A DNA stretch of 64,000 nt from Candidatus Moraniibacteriota bacterium (GTDB lineage: Bacteria; Patescibacteriota; Minisyncoccia; Moranbacterales; UBA1568): assembly GCA_016699875.1 (NCBI GenBank), contig CP064989.1, positions 712,788-776,787 of the forward strand. The letters run 5' to 3'. Positions 18,967 through 27,920 of this stretch are shown here, piece after piece (the first letter of the stretch is position 1; each line of letters starts with the position of its first letter). A program made the position numbers and the translations under genes. A model generated the notes under the pieces. It was not told the origin of the DNA. It was given only the letters and a program-made list of their open reading frames with translations, and did not search any database.

Positions 18967-20616
18967 ATGAAGAAAATATTGCAGCAGGCTCTACGAGAGG
19001 CATTCCAATCGCTGTGTCGCGAAGGTGTCTTTTTGATTTCACAAGAACAGCGGGAGGGACTGATATTTGAGGTGACGGTTCCGAAAGATGATTTGCATGG
19101 GGATTACACATCGAGTGTTGCACTGTCTCTGGCTGGTCGTCTGAAGCAGTTGCCGATTGATATCGCGCATACCTTAAAAGAGAAACTCTCGCAGAACGAG
19201 CGATTGAGCCAATTTTCGGTCGAAGTCGTTGCGCCTGGTTATGTCAATTTCTCTCTTACTCCAGAAGCATTGTCGGATATGGTGGCTGATATCTGCAGAC
19301 AAGGGAGGACATATGGATCTCGTGCCGACGATAAGCAACGGAAGATCCTTTTGGAGTTTGTGTCTGCCAATCCGACCGGGCCGCTCCATATGGGGAATAC
19401 GCGGGGAGGTTTTTTCGGGGAGACGCTCGCGCGGGTTTTGAGGAAGTGTGGCGCCAATATTGCCACGGAATATTATGTGAATGATGCCGGGGAACAGGTG
19501 GACAAGCTGGGACACAGTGTGCTTCGAGATGCTGACGCGGTATATGCAGGTGATTATATAGACCGTCTTGCTGAGAGATGGTCACGAGAGGGCGAAGGTT
19601 TTCGTGGGACTGATCCGCGATCGATCGGAGAATGGGCGGGGAGCATTATTCTCGAAGAATATATCAAGCCAACACTTCGTGAGAAAATGGGTATAGCTTT
19701 CGATGTGTTCATTTCCGAGAGAGATGACATTATCCGGTCAGGTTTTGTTGATAAAGCAATTTCACTGCTTGCGGAGAAAGGATTGACGTATGAGGAATCG
19801 GGTGCACTGTGGCTTCGGACGACCCAGTATGGTGACGACAAGGATCGCGTGCTTGTGAAGGCGAATGGGATCAAAACCTATTTCGCATCGGATTGCGGAT
19901 ATCTGCTCCACAAACGAGAACGCGATTTCGAAGAAATTTACGAAGTGTGGGGCGCGGATCACCACGGATATGTGGCGAGGTTCCTCGCGGCAGCGGAGGC
20001 GCTTGGATTCTCTCGGGATCAGGTGAAATTCACATTGGTTCAAATGGTGCGGCTCGTGAAGGATGGCAAGGAAGTCCGCATGTCCAAGCGCGCCGGGAAC
20101 GTCGTGACGGTAGATGAGTTGCTCGGTCGAATCGATGCGGAAGTTGTAAGATTCTTTTTCCTTATGTATTCTCCCGATACGCACATGAACTTTGACATGG
20201 GACTCGCTGAGGAACAAAGTAAGAAGAACCCGGTCTTCTACGTGCAATATGCGCATGCTCGTATGGCGAGTATTTTCCGAAAAGCAGAAGAGGAACTTGA
20301 TCTAGATTCGAGTCAATATTCTGCTAAAGAGAGTGGAACACATTTGCGAAATTCGAAAGAAATTCTTCTGGCGCGGCATCTGGCGAAGTTTCCGGACATG
20401 CTCTGCCTGATTGCTGAAACATCCGCTGTGCATCAGTTGCCGCAATATGCCATTCGATTGGCGGATCTTTTCCACTCGTTTTATGGTGAATGCACCGTGA
20501 TCGATACGGAAGATATGAATACGACTCGGTTGCGCCTGGCGCTTGTGGGCGCGACAAAGAATGTGCTTGCCGAGACACTTCGGTTGATCGGCGTATCGGC
20601 ACCGGAGAAAATGTAG
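18967..20616 (+). CDS. argS: Arginyl-tRNA synthetase
   Basis: Class I HIGH-type motif (PTGPLHMGNTRG), MSKRAGN (KMSK), and an anticodon-binding DALR-type C-terminal domain. The track ORF starts at 18910; MKKILQQ at 18967 is the likely start. Confidence 0.95.
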   Translation: MKKILQQALREAFQSLCREGVFLISQEQREGLIFEVTVPKDDLHGDYTSSVALSLAGRLKQLPIDIAHTLKEKLSQNERLSQFSVEVVAPGYVNFSLTPEALSDMVADICRQGRTYGSRADDKQRKILLEFVSANPTGPLHMGNTRGGFFGETLARVLRKCGANIATEYYVNDAGEQVDKLGHSVLRDADAVYAGDYIDRLAERWSREGEGFRGTDPRSIGEWAGSIILEEYIKPTLREKMGIAFDVFISERDDIIRSGFVDKAISLLAEKGLTYEESGALWLRTTQYGDDKDRVLVKANGIKTYFASDCGYLLHKRERDFEEIYEVWGADHHGYVARFLAAAEALGFSRDQVKFTLVQMVRLVKDGKEVRMSKRAGNVVTVDELLGRIDAEVVRFFFLMYSPDTHMNFDMGLAEEQSKKNPVFYVQYAHARMASIFRKAEEELDLDSSQYSAKESGTHLRNSKEILLARHLAKFPDMLCLIAETSAVHQLPQYAIRLADLFHSFYGECTVIDTEDMNTTRLRLALVGATKNVLAETLRLIGVSAPEKM

Positions 20617-20667
20617 ATTTCTTACCGAAAGGGCGCGTGCCTTTGACAGTGATTGACACCTTGTTAT

Positions 20668-20695
20668 GCTGACCAAAGTGTCAGCTTTTCTTTTC
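20668..20695 (+). terminator. Rho-independent terminator after argS
   Basis: GCTGAC-caaagt-GTCAGC followed by TTTTCTTTT. Confidence 0.45.
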
Positions 20696-20747
20696 GAATC
20701 TCATTTGGGAATCGTGCAAAGAGGAGTCTTTTATACTTCTTCGTGCT

Positions 20748-22592
20748 ATGTCGACGCCGCTTCATATATTGAAAACACAATTCGGATTCGAATCGTTCCG
20801 AGAACATCAGGAAGCGATTATCGAAGCGGTACTCGCAGGGAAAGATGCGTTCGTCCTTATGCCGACCGGAGGAGGAAAGTCTCTCTGCTATCAAATCCCG
20901 GCGCTTTTATTGCCTCACGTCACTGTGGTAGTGTCACCACTCATTGCGCTTATGAAGGATCAGGTGGAGGTGCTTCGGGTGGCGGGTGTTGCGGCGGAAT
21001 ATCTCAATTCCTCGCTTTCGATGGATGAGCAAGATCGTGTACTTGCTTCGCTTGCGCGCGGGAAGACGAAACTTCTCTATATCGCTCCCGAGCGGCTCTT
21101 TGGCGCGTCATCACTTGTGCCGTTTTTGCAAGAAGTGGGCGTGTCGCTCTTTGCGGTTGATGAGGCGCATTGTATTTCGTCATGGGGACATGATTTCCGT
21201 CCGGAATACCGATTTCTCTCCGATCTCAAAAAATTTTTCTCTGGAACGCCGACTCTCGCGCTCACGGCTACAGCAGACAATCTCACGAGTCGAGATATCA
21301 TTGAGCGGTTGGCGCTCCGGTCGCCCGTCTGCTTTCAGTCGAGCTTTGATCGTCCGAATATCCGCTACGCTATCGAACCAAAAGCGAAGAGCTTCGATCG
21401 TCTGCTCCGCTATCTCTCTGCTCGGCGCGGTGACTCCGGCATCATCTACACGCTTTCGAGAAAGTCGGCTGACAGTGTGGCGAAGCGCTTGGCTGATGCG
21501 GGGTTCTCGGCGCTTCCGTATCATGCAGGGCTCGATGCGGCCGTGCGCGACCGTCATCAACAGAAGTTCTTGCGCGACGAGACCAAGATTGTCGTGGCAA
21601 CTATCGCTTTTGGTATGGGGATAAATAAATCCAATGTGCGCTTTGTGGTGCATATGGATCTCCCCAAGAATATCGAAAGTTACTATCAGGAAACGGGCCG
21701 GGCAGGCCGGGATGGATTGCCGAGCGAGGCGCTTCTTTTTTACTCTCCGGCGGATGTGCGGAAGCTCGCGCGATTTGCAAAAGTTGATGGAAACGAGGAG
21801 CAATCGGCGGTGATGCTTCGTAAACTCAAACAGCTGGCGGATTTATGCGAGGCGTCCGTCTGTCGTCGTCACCTCCTTCTGCGGTATTTCGGCGAATCAT
21901 CTCCTCAGTCATGCGACGCTTGCGATGTATGCCTTTCTGAACAGACGACTTTTGACGGTACGCTCATTGCGCAAAAACTACTCTCGGCGGTGTTTCGTCT
22001 TCATGAGCGGTTCGGCTTGGGCTATACGATCGATGTGCTTCGCGGTTCGAAGTCTGAGAAGATTCGTCCTGAACATCGTGTCCTGAAGACATTTGGTGCG
22101 GGCGCTGATATCTCTCGCGAGCTTTGGTTCCGATATGCGAAGGATCTTATCGCGCTTGGGTTCCTCAGGCAAGCGGGCGAGCCATATCCGACACTTTCTC
22201 TTACCGAGAAGAGCGCGGCCGTGCTTCGTGGCGAGATACGAGTGATGCTTACTGCATTGGCTGATAATACAAAGAGGGAGGTGAAATCGGAGGCTCCTGA
22301 GTATGAAGCGACATTATTCGATCAGCTCAAAGCGCTTCGCACGGAATATGCTCGCAAGGAAAATGTCCCACCCTATATCATTTTCTCTGACGCAACGCTT
22401 CTCGAATTGGCGACTTTTCTTCCGACAAATATATCGGAACTGCCTCGCATTTCAGGTTTTGGCGAAGTAAAAACGCGTCGATATGGAAAAGCATTTCTCA
22501 ACGTTGTTGCGAAGTATTGCGCAGAACACAACCTTTTATCAAGGATGTCGGAGAAGGTATCTGCTCGCTCGCGTCGAAGTCGAAGAAGATAG
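20748..22592 (+). CDS. recQ: ATP-dependent DNA helicase RecQ (helicase core, RQC and HRDC domains)
   Basis: FRE(H)Q, Walker A (PTGGGKS), DEAH box (FAVDEAHCISSWGHDFRPEY), a Zn-binding Cys cluster (CRRHLLLRYFGE...CDACDVC) and a C-terminal HRDC region. 614 aa. Confidence 0.95.
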   Translation: MSTPLHILKTQFGFESFREHQEAIIEAVLAGKDAFVLMPTGGGKSLCYQIPALLLPHVTVVVSPLIALMKDQVEVLRVAGVAAEYLNSSLSMDEQDRVLASLARGKTKLLYIAPERLFGASSLVPFLQEVGVSLFAVDEAHCISSWGHDFRPEYRFLSDLKKFFSGTPTLALTATADNLTSRDIIERLALRSPVCFQSSFDRPNIRYAIEPKAKSFDRLLRYLSARRGDSGIIYTLSRKSADSVAKRLADAGFSALPYHAGLDAAVRDRHQQKFLRDETKIVVATIAFGMGINKSNVRFVVHMDLPKNIESYYQETGRAGRDGLPSEALLFYSPADVRKLARFAKVDGNEEQSAVMLRKLKQLADLCEASVCRRHLLLRYFGESSPQSCDACDVCLSEQTTFDGTLIAQKLLSAVFRLHERFGLGYTIDVLRGSKSEKIRPEHRVLKTFGAGADISRELWFRYAKDLIALGFLRQAGEPYPTLSLTEKSAAVLRGEIRVMLTALADNTKREVKSEAPEYEATLFDQLKALRTEYARKENVPPYIIFSDATLLELATFLPTNISELPRISGFGEVKTRRYGKAFLNVVAKYCAEHNLLSRMSEKVSARSRRSRRR

Positions 22593-22594
22593 CG

Positions 22595-22670
22595 TGGGCG
22601 CCGACTCCTCTTTTCTTGCGTCATCTCAATCCACGATCGGAACAGGGCACCTACAAGGGGCGCCCTACCC
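22595..22670. repeat. REP-like GC-rich palindromic repeats (GTGGGCGCC; CTACAAGGGGCGCCC) downstream of recQ
   Basis: Copies of the CAAGGGGCGCC core, containing the GGCGCC palindrome, at 22595-22607 and 22647-22670. They match the copies at 22957-23009. Confidence 0.5.
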
Positions 22671-23021
22671 ATACAATTCATCCCCCTTCCACATTTCCGG
22701 ATTCTTTTCGATATATTTCACAATCAAGTTCCATTCTCGATCATTCCGAATAATGTGTTCGTAATAATTCCGTTGCCATATTGATTTTTCAAATCGCGGG
22801 AATTCTTTGGTTTTAACGTGTTGAATGTATTCATTTGCGGTCAACGATTTAAAGGCACCAATAATATTTCCAAGGGTTGTGCCGATCGGGATCGGTAGGG
22901 GCGACGGCTTGTCCTCGCCATGTTCCCGATTGTCTGTTTGCGAATAATGTAGATGGGACACCCACAAGGGGCGCCATGCAAAAGGGCGCCCACAAGGGGC
23001 GCCCCTACCATTCAGAAACAT
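22665..23021 (-). pseudogene. Truncated REP-associated tyrosine transposase (RAYT / IS200-like Y1 transposase) remnant
   Basis: The C-terminal 75 aa (GNIIGAFKSLTANEYIQHVK...SIWQRNYYEHIIRNDREWNLIVKYIEKNPEMW) match the FKS and WQRxYYDHIIR...NP motifs of the RAYT/IS200 TnpA C-terminus. A possible HuH (SHLHY) is present, but the N-terminal ~50 aa are missing. The ORF N-terminus is a translation of REP-like repeats. Confidence 0.6.
22957..23009. repeat. Two adjacent REP-like repeats (CCCACAAGGGGCGCC ... GGGCGCCCACAAGGGGCGCCCC, including a 10-bp perfect palindrome GGGGCGCCCC) upstream of the RAYT remnant
   Basis: Read directly from the sequence. Same core as the copies at 22595-22670. Confidence 0.55.
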
Positions 23022-23063
23022 GATACAATGTTTCTATGTTCTCTTTCTCTCCCGCTTTCTCCT

Positions 23064-24491
23064 ATGAAACTCTCCTGGACACGCGCCATTCAATGGGTTG
23101 GCATTCTTGCGGTGTTGGTTTTTGTTGTGGCTCTTCGATATGAGGCACCGTCAGAGGCGGGCATGCAAATGAATGCCTCTCCGGACTCACCCTTCTCCCA
23201 ATCCCTCCGCGGCTACTGGAAACTCGACGACGGCACTGGCACCAACGCCACGGACTCAAGTGGCAATGGGAACACTCTTGCCATGACTGGATCCCCAAGT
23301 TGGGTGACCGGACAAATTGGTCCCTCCGCCCTCGACTTCTCCGGAAGTGGACAGTATCTCTCCATCGCCTCTCCCTCAAGCGCTCTCGACTTTACCGATG
23401 GAGCGAGCTTTACATTGACCGGCTGGTTCAATAGAGACACATTTGCCAATGATCACACCATCCTCTCCACCAAGAGCGGACAGTCTACTGAAAGTGATGG
23501 CTACATCGCATATATTGACGATGCAACGGATCAGCTTATCATTCGCTTTGATGAAAATGGATCAACCGATGCAAGAACGTTTACATCCACATCCACCTTT
23601 ACGGCTACCGGTTGGCATAGCTTTGCTCTCTCTTGGAATGAAAGCGCTCCCGATGCCGTTCTCTATATCGATGGTAAACCCGATGGGTCAGGAAGCGGAA
23701 CCGTCTTTGCCAGTATGGGAGATCTTTCCAACTCAAATGCTTTCTACATTGGTGCTGAAACCGATGCTGGGAATCCTTTCGATGGCAAACTCGATGATAT
23801 CCGTATCTATGGTTATGCCCTCAGTGCTGAGCAGGTGAAGAAACTGTACAACACCACCGCTCCCACCCAACCCGTTGATACAAGCTTAGTAGGACACTGG
23901 ACCTTTGATGGGACGGATATACAGGGGACCACCGCAATTGATAGAAGCAGCTTTGGGAATAACGGGACGATAACGGGAGCAACGAAGACTATTGGGAAGT
24001 TGGGTCAGGCACTCAGTTTTAATGGGACGAGTGATTATGTGGATGTAGGAACAGCGCTAGATTGTAGCGGCACCAAAACAGTCAGTCTTTGGTTTAAAGA
24101 ACTTGGCAATGAAGATACGCTCTTTTTCTCATCGACAGGTGGAACGAGCGACTATATTTTAATTGAGTTCTATAATTCAGATAGGATAGCAGTCGAGGTG
24201 GAAGATACATATCCAAGTTCAAAAAGCAGGCAAGTGAGTGGATTTAATACGGATGAATGGTATCATCTCGTTGTAACCAAAACAGCAGGAGGTGTTACTG
24301 GTATTTATGTTAATGGTTTTGATGAAGCTGGATCTGGAGGTAATTTCTCACCGTTTGGAGGAACGAACAAAACATATATCGGCAGACATCCAAGCGGAGG
24401 ATATTTTGAAGGATCAATTGACGATGTACGCATCTACAATCGCACGCTTTCCACAACGGAAATCACAAATTTGTATAATTTGGGGAAATAG
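23064..24491 (+). CDS. Secreted protein with two tandem LamG-like (concanavalin A-like lectin/glucanase) domains
   Basis: LRGYWKLDDGTGTNATDSSGNGNTLAMTGSPSWVTGQIGPSALDFSGSGQYLS...LTGWFNRD...FDGKLDDIRIYGYALSAEQVKKLYN, then a second copy LVGHWTFDG...FEGSIDDVRIYNRTLSTTEITNLYN. The track ORF begins at 22953 inside the REP repeats; the TM/signal start MKLSWTRAIQWVGILAVLVFVV at 23064 is more likely. Confidence 0.8.
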   Translation: MKLSWTRAIQWVGILAVLVFVVALRYEAPSEAGMQMNASPDSPFSQSLRGYWKLDDGTGTNATDSSGNGNTLAMTGSPSWVTGQIGPSALDFSGSGQYLSIASPSSALDFTDGASFTLTGWFNRDTFANDHTILSTKSGQSTESDGYIAYIDDATDQLIIRFDENGSTDARTFTSTSTFTATGWHSFALSWNESAPDAVLYIDGKPDGSGSGTVFASMGDLSNSNAFYIGAETDAGNPFDGKLDDIRIYGYALSAEQVKKLYNTTAPTQPVDTSLVGHWTFDGTDIQGTTAIDRSSFGNNGTITGATKTIGKLGQALSFNGTSDYVDVGTALDCSGTKTVSLWFKELGNEDTLFFSSTGGTSDYILIEFYNSDRIAVEVEDTYPSSKSRQVSGFNTDEWYHLVVTKTAGGVTGIYVNGFDEAGSGGNFSPFGGTNKTYIGRHPSGGYFEGSIDDVRIYNRTLSTTEITNLYNLGK

Positions 24492-24508
24492 GGAATAACG
24501 AAAAAACT

Positions 24509-27500
24509 ATGAGGAGGAAAGTATTTTTGAGTTCAATGGGAGTTTTAATGAGTTTCTTCTTGGTGCAGGAAGCAACTGCATCGCCTTCGATTTCTTCTGT
24601 TTCTGGCACATGGAATCACAAGTCCACGATCACAGTGAGTGGTTTAGGATTTGGTACGAAGGCTACCGTGGCGCCGATAGTGTGGGATGATGCATCGGGG
24701 AGTAACATTTTGAATAACTGGAGTGGCGCATGGCCGACGTCAGCGGCGGGGTCGTCGCAAATGAATTATTATTTACCAATGCGCGGAGTCGCTCTACCTC
24801 ACAACAACATTACAAAATATATAGCAGGTTGTATAAGCGGTGGTGGTGCTGATACTGGCAATAATGCAGATTTATTTAAAACAATTTCAAATGTACAATT
24901 CCCGTCTTATATGTATGTTTCTTGGTATCATAGAGCTGATCCGGCATGGGTATTTACAGGAAGTGAACACAACTACAAATTGTTTGATTGGTCTATTGGA
25001 ACCGAGCCGATGGGTAGTGACAACTGGTATTTCGAATATAATCCGCCGCCTTTAAACAATACACCTACCGGTTCGGATCCATTCAATGATCCGAACTATC
25101 ATACCAATAACAATGGTGGTATGGGAATGTTCAGTACATGGGGTGATTATGCCTATAAACCAATGAATGGATGGGTCAAACTCGAACTTGAGATAAGATT
25201 CGACAGAACAGCATCAGGATATGTAAAAGCTTGGGAAAATGGGAAACAAGTTTTTAATAATAGTGGCGTAACAGATGCTACATCTGGATCGCAGAGAACG
25301 GTTACTGTGGGCGGATATACAATGCCGAGAAGTAGTAACCAATGGATGTATTTTGCTGACGTCTATATTGATACTGCCCGCCAGCGTATTGTCCTTGCTA
25401 ACAACCCCAATATCAACAACGCCACCATTAAAGAAGTCCAGATCCCGAGCGCATGGAACGATACGTCAATCAGCCTCTCTTCCAATCTTGGTAAGTTCAC
25501 GAGCGGTCAAACCGCATACCTCTTTGTCTATGACTCGACCGGCACACCAAATACAACTGGTTATCCGGTGACGATCGGCGGCGGAGGTGGTGGTGACACC
25601 ACTCCTCCCACTTCTCCCACCAACCTTGTCGCAAATGCCACCAGCCAATCAAGCATTACCGTCTCTTGGACTGCTGCTACTGACAACATCGGAGTAGCAG
25701 GCTACCAAGTGGAACATTGTTCTCCTTCTGGTTGCTCCACATTTACCCAAGTAGGAACTCCAACATCTTCTCCTTTTATTGATTCAGGATTAACAGCAAA
25801 TGCCTTCTACAACTACCACGTCCGTGCCGTCGATGCTGCCGGCAATACTTCAGGCTGGAGCAATGTTGTGGGAGCAACTACTCAAGCCGCTTCACAAACG
25901 CCCACCATCTCCCTCTCTGCAAACCCGACGAGTATCACCTCCGGACAATCCAGTACTCTTACTTGGAGTTCCACTAACGCCACTAGCTGTACGGCTTCCG
26001 GAAGTTGGTCTGGTACCAAAGCCACAAGCGGCACCCAGTCTGTTTCTCCCGCCACAACGAGTACCTACACCCTCACCTGTACCGGTACGGGAGGAGCGAC
26101 CAATCAGAGCGCGACGGTAACGGTGGGGAGTGGAGGAAGTAATGTTTCTATGAATGAGTGCTCAACAATGCAAAATGGTTGGATTTTCTGCAATGACTTC
26201 GATACCAATGTCACCACTGATACGCAACGAAGAGCACAGTGGGATGATTATGACGGCGCGACCGACGTCAACTTCCCACAGGACAATGGACCATCGCAGA
26301 ATTCCAGCAACCATGTTGCCCAATTCCTCATTCCACAGAATGCGTCTGCCGGTGCCGATCTTGTCAAAGTTTTTGGCAGTTCCTATCAGAAACTCTATCT
26401 GCGCTACTACACCAAATACGCTACTGGTTTTCCATTTACCATGGGGAATCATGGAGGAGGCTTAACCGCAGGTGATCGAGCACATCTCGCTACCTCTGGC
26501 TATCGACCTGGTGATCCAGCAACGCCAAGTGGTTCCGACGAATGGGCGGACTTTCGAGTGCAGTACAATAAGGGATCGAATCCGATTCCCTACGCTTACT
26601 CATACAATGTTGGCATGTATCAAGACTGTCCAAGCTCTGGAAGCTGCTTTGGAGATTCTTACCCGTGCGTCTATGACAGCGGCCAATCCTACTGTACAAA
26701 AGCTGTTGATCGACCAACAGCCACTATGCCGACTATTACAGCTGGTAACTGGCATTGTGTCGAGGAAACGGTTGATATGGGAACAGCGGGACAGTCAAAT
26801 GGAACATTTCAGCTTACATGGGATGGCGCCTATGCAGGCAATCTGGTCAATATGCATTTCCGAAACAATGCAAACAATTTGTTACACAATCTCTACTTAT
26901 CGCTCTACAGTGGTGATGCGACGCATGCTCTAGCTGATCAGCGACTCGACAATATCGTTGTCTCCACACAGCCCATTGGGTGTGGGAACACCTCCACCCC
27001 CGACACCACCCCTCCCACCAGTCCAACCAACCTCGCTGCCAATGCCACCAGTGAGTCCAGCATCACCGTCTCTTGGGACCCAGCAACCGACAACATTGGA
27101 GTCACTGGCTACCAAGTCGAACGCTGTCTTGGTCTCTCATGCTCCAACTTTACTCAAGTCGGAACTACCACAAGCTCTCCCCTTACAGACTCCAACCTGA
27201 CCGCTTCTACCGGCTACTCCTACCATGTAAGAGCTGTCGATGCCGCAGGGAACACCAGTGACTGGTCTAATGTCGTCGGTACAACGACTCAAGGTACACC
27301 CACCCCCACCTCCTGCTCCACCGTCACCCCCACCAACTTCACCACCTCAACCTACACCGGCTACGGTGCTCCCTATGACGTCTTTGTGAGTAACACTCCT
27401 CTTATCTCCACCACCTGTACCAGCAGCGATACCCACACGATAAACGCTACCCTCGGTATTACCGGAGACACTACCCGTATCGTCTACACCAAAGGCTACT

Positions 27501-27748
27501 ACTATGATCCCGGTATATCTGACTGGACCTCCTTCACCGGAACCTGTACCGGAGCCTTGAATGGAGACTGGTGCCAAGGAAGTGTCTCTGCCACTCTCAC
27601 CGATACCGATATCTCTACAGCAAGCGCTTCCGATCCCGCCTACCTGGTCGGTATGACCTGTAGCATACAGGGAGGTACGTGGAAGTGCGGATGCAGAGAC
27701 ACAACGTGTTCTACGTTCTACTGGCAGGTGCAGGGGGCGGGACTCTGA
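24509..27748 (+). CDS. Large secreted protein (1079 aa) built from two units, each a beta-jelly-roll domain (polysaccharide-lyase/glucanase-like, assignment uncertain) plus an FN3 domain, and a Cys/Thr-rich C-terminus
   Basis: Signal peptide. FN3 repeats TPPTSPTNLVANATSQSSITVSWTAATDNIGVAGYQVEHC...YHVRAVDAAGNTSGWSNV and TPPTSPTNLAANATSESSITVSWDPATDNIGVTGYQVERC...YHVRAVDAAGNTSDWSNV. Confidence 0.75.
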   Translation: MRRKVFLSSMGVLMSFFLVQEATASPSISSVSGTWNHKSTITVSGLGFGTKATVAPIVWDDASGSNILNNWSGAWPTSAAGSSQMNYYLPMRGVALPHNNITKYIAGCISGGGADTGNNADLFKTISNVQFPSYMYVSWYHRADPAWVFTGSEHNYKLFDWSIGTEPMGSDNWYFEYNPPPLNNTPTGSDPFNDPNYHTNNNGGMGMFSTWGDYAYKPMNGWVKLELEIRFDRTASGYVKAWENGKQVFNNSGVTDATSGSQRTVTVGGYTMPRSSNQWMYFADVYIDTARQRIVLANNPNINNATIKEVQIPSAWNDTSISLSSNLGKFTSGQTAYLFVYDSTGTPNTTGYPVTIGGGGGGDTTPPTSPTNLVANATSQSSITVSWTAATDNIGVAGYQVEHCSPSGCSTFTQVGTPTSSPFIDSGLTANAFYNYHVRAVDAAGNTSGWSNVVGATTQAASQTPTISLSANPTSITSGQSSTLTWSSTNATSCTASGSWSGTKATSGTQSVSPATTSTYTLTCTGTGGATNQSATVTVGSGGSNVSMNECSTMQNGWIFCNDFDTNVTTDTQRRAQWDDYDGATDVNFPQDNGPSQNSSNHVAQFLIPQNASAGADLVKVFGSSYQKLYLRYYTKYATGFPFTMGNHGGGLTAGDRAHLATSGYRPGDPATPSGSDEWADFRVQYNKGSNPIPYAYSYNVGMYQDCPSSGSCFGDSYPCVYDSGQSYCTKAVDRPTATMPTITAGNWHCVEETVDMGTAGQSNGTFQLTWDGAYAGNLVNMHFRNNANNLLHNLYLSLYSGDATHALADQRLDNIVVSTQPIGCGNTSTPDTTPPTSPTNLAANATSESSITVSWDPATDNIGVTGYQVERCLGLSCSNFTQVGTTTSSPLTDSNLTASTGYSYHVRAVDAAGNTSDWSNVVGTTTQGTPTPTSCSTVTPTNFTTSTYTGYGAPYDVFVSNTPLISTTCTSSDTHTINATLGITGDTTRIVYTKGYYYDPGISDWTSFTGTCTGALNGDWCQGSVSATLTDTDISTASASDPAYLVGMTCSIQGGTWKCGCRDTTCSTFYWQVQGAGL

Positions 27749-27920
27749 AATCGGAGAGGGAAAAGGGAAATGCGACAACACAGAGGCGAGAGTCTCTTGT
27801 GGTGTTGTTTTGGGCGGGGTTAGGTGCTTTTTCTGTTGCCTTGTCTTTCTCTGCTGACCTATTTCTTTGGTTAAAGATATCCATGGTACAATAAAGACAT
27901 ATATTTTTTGTGATGCGCCT

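Noticed and set aside
20643-20670. TTGACA-16-TATGCT promoter-like hexamers after argS
   Set aside because: The -10 overlaps the stem of the argS terminator hairpin, and recQ starts 80 nt further on. It could be a real recQ promoter, but it cannot be separated from the terminator by sequence alone.
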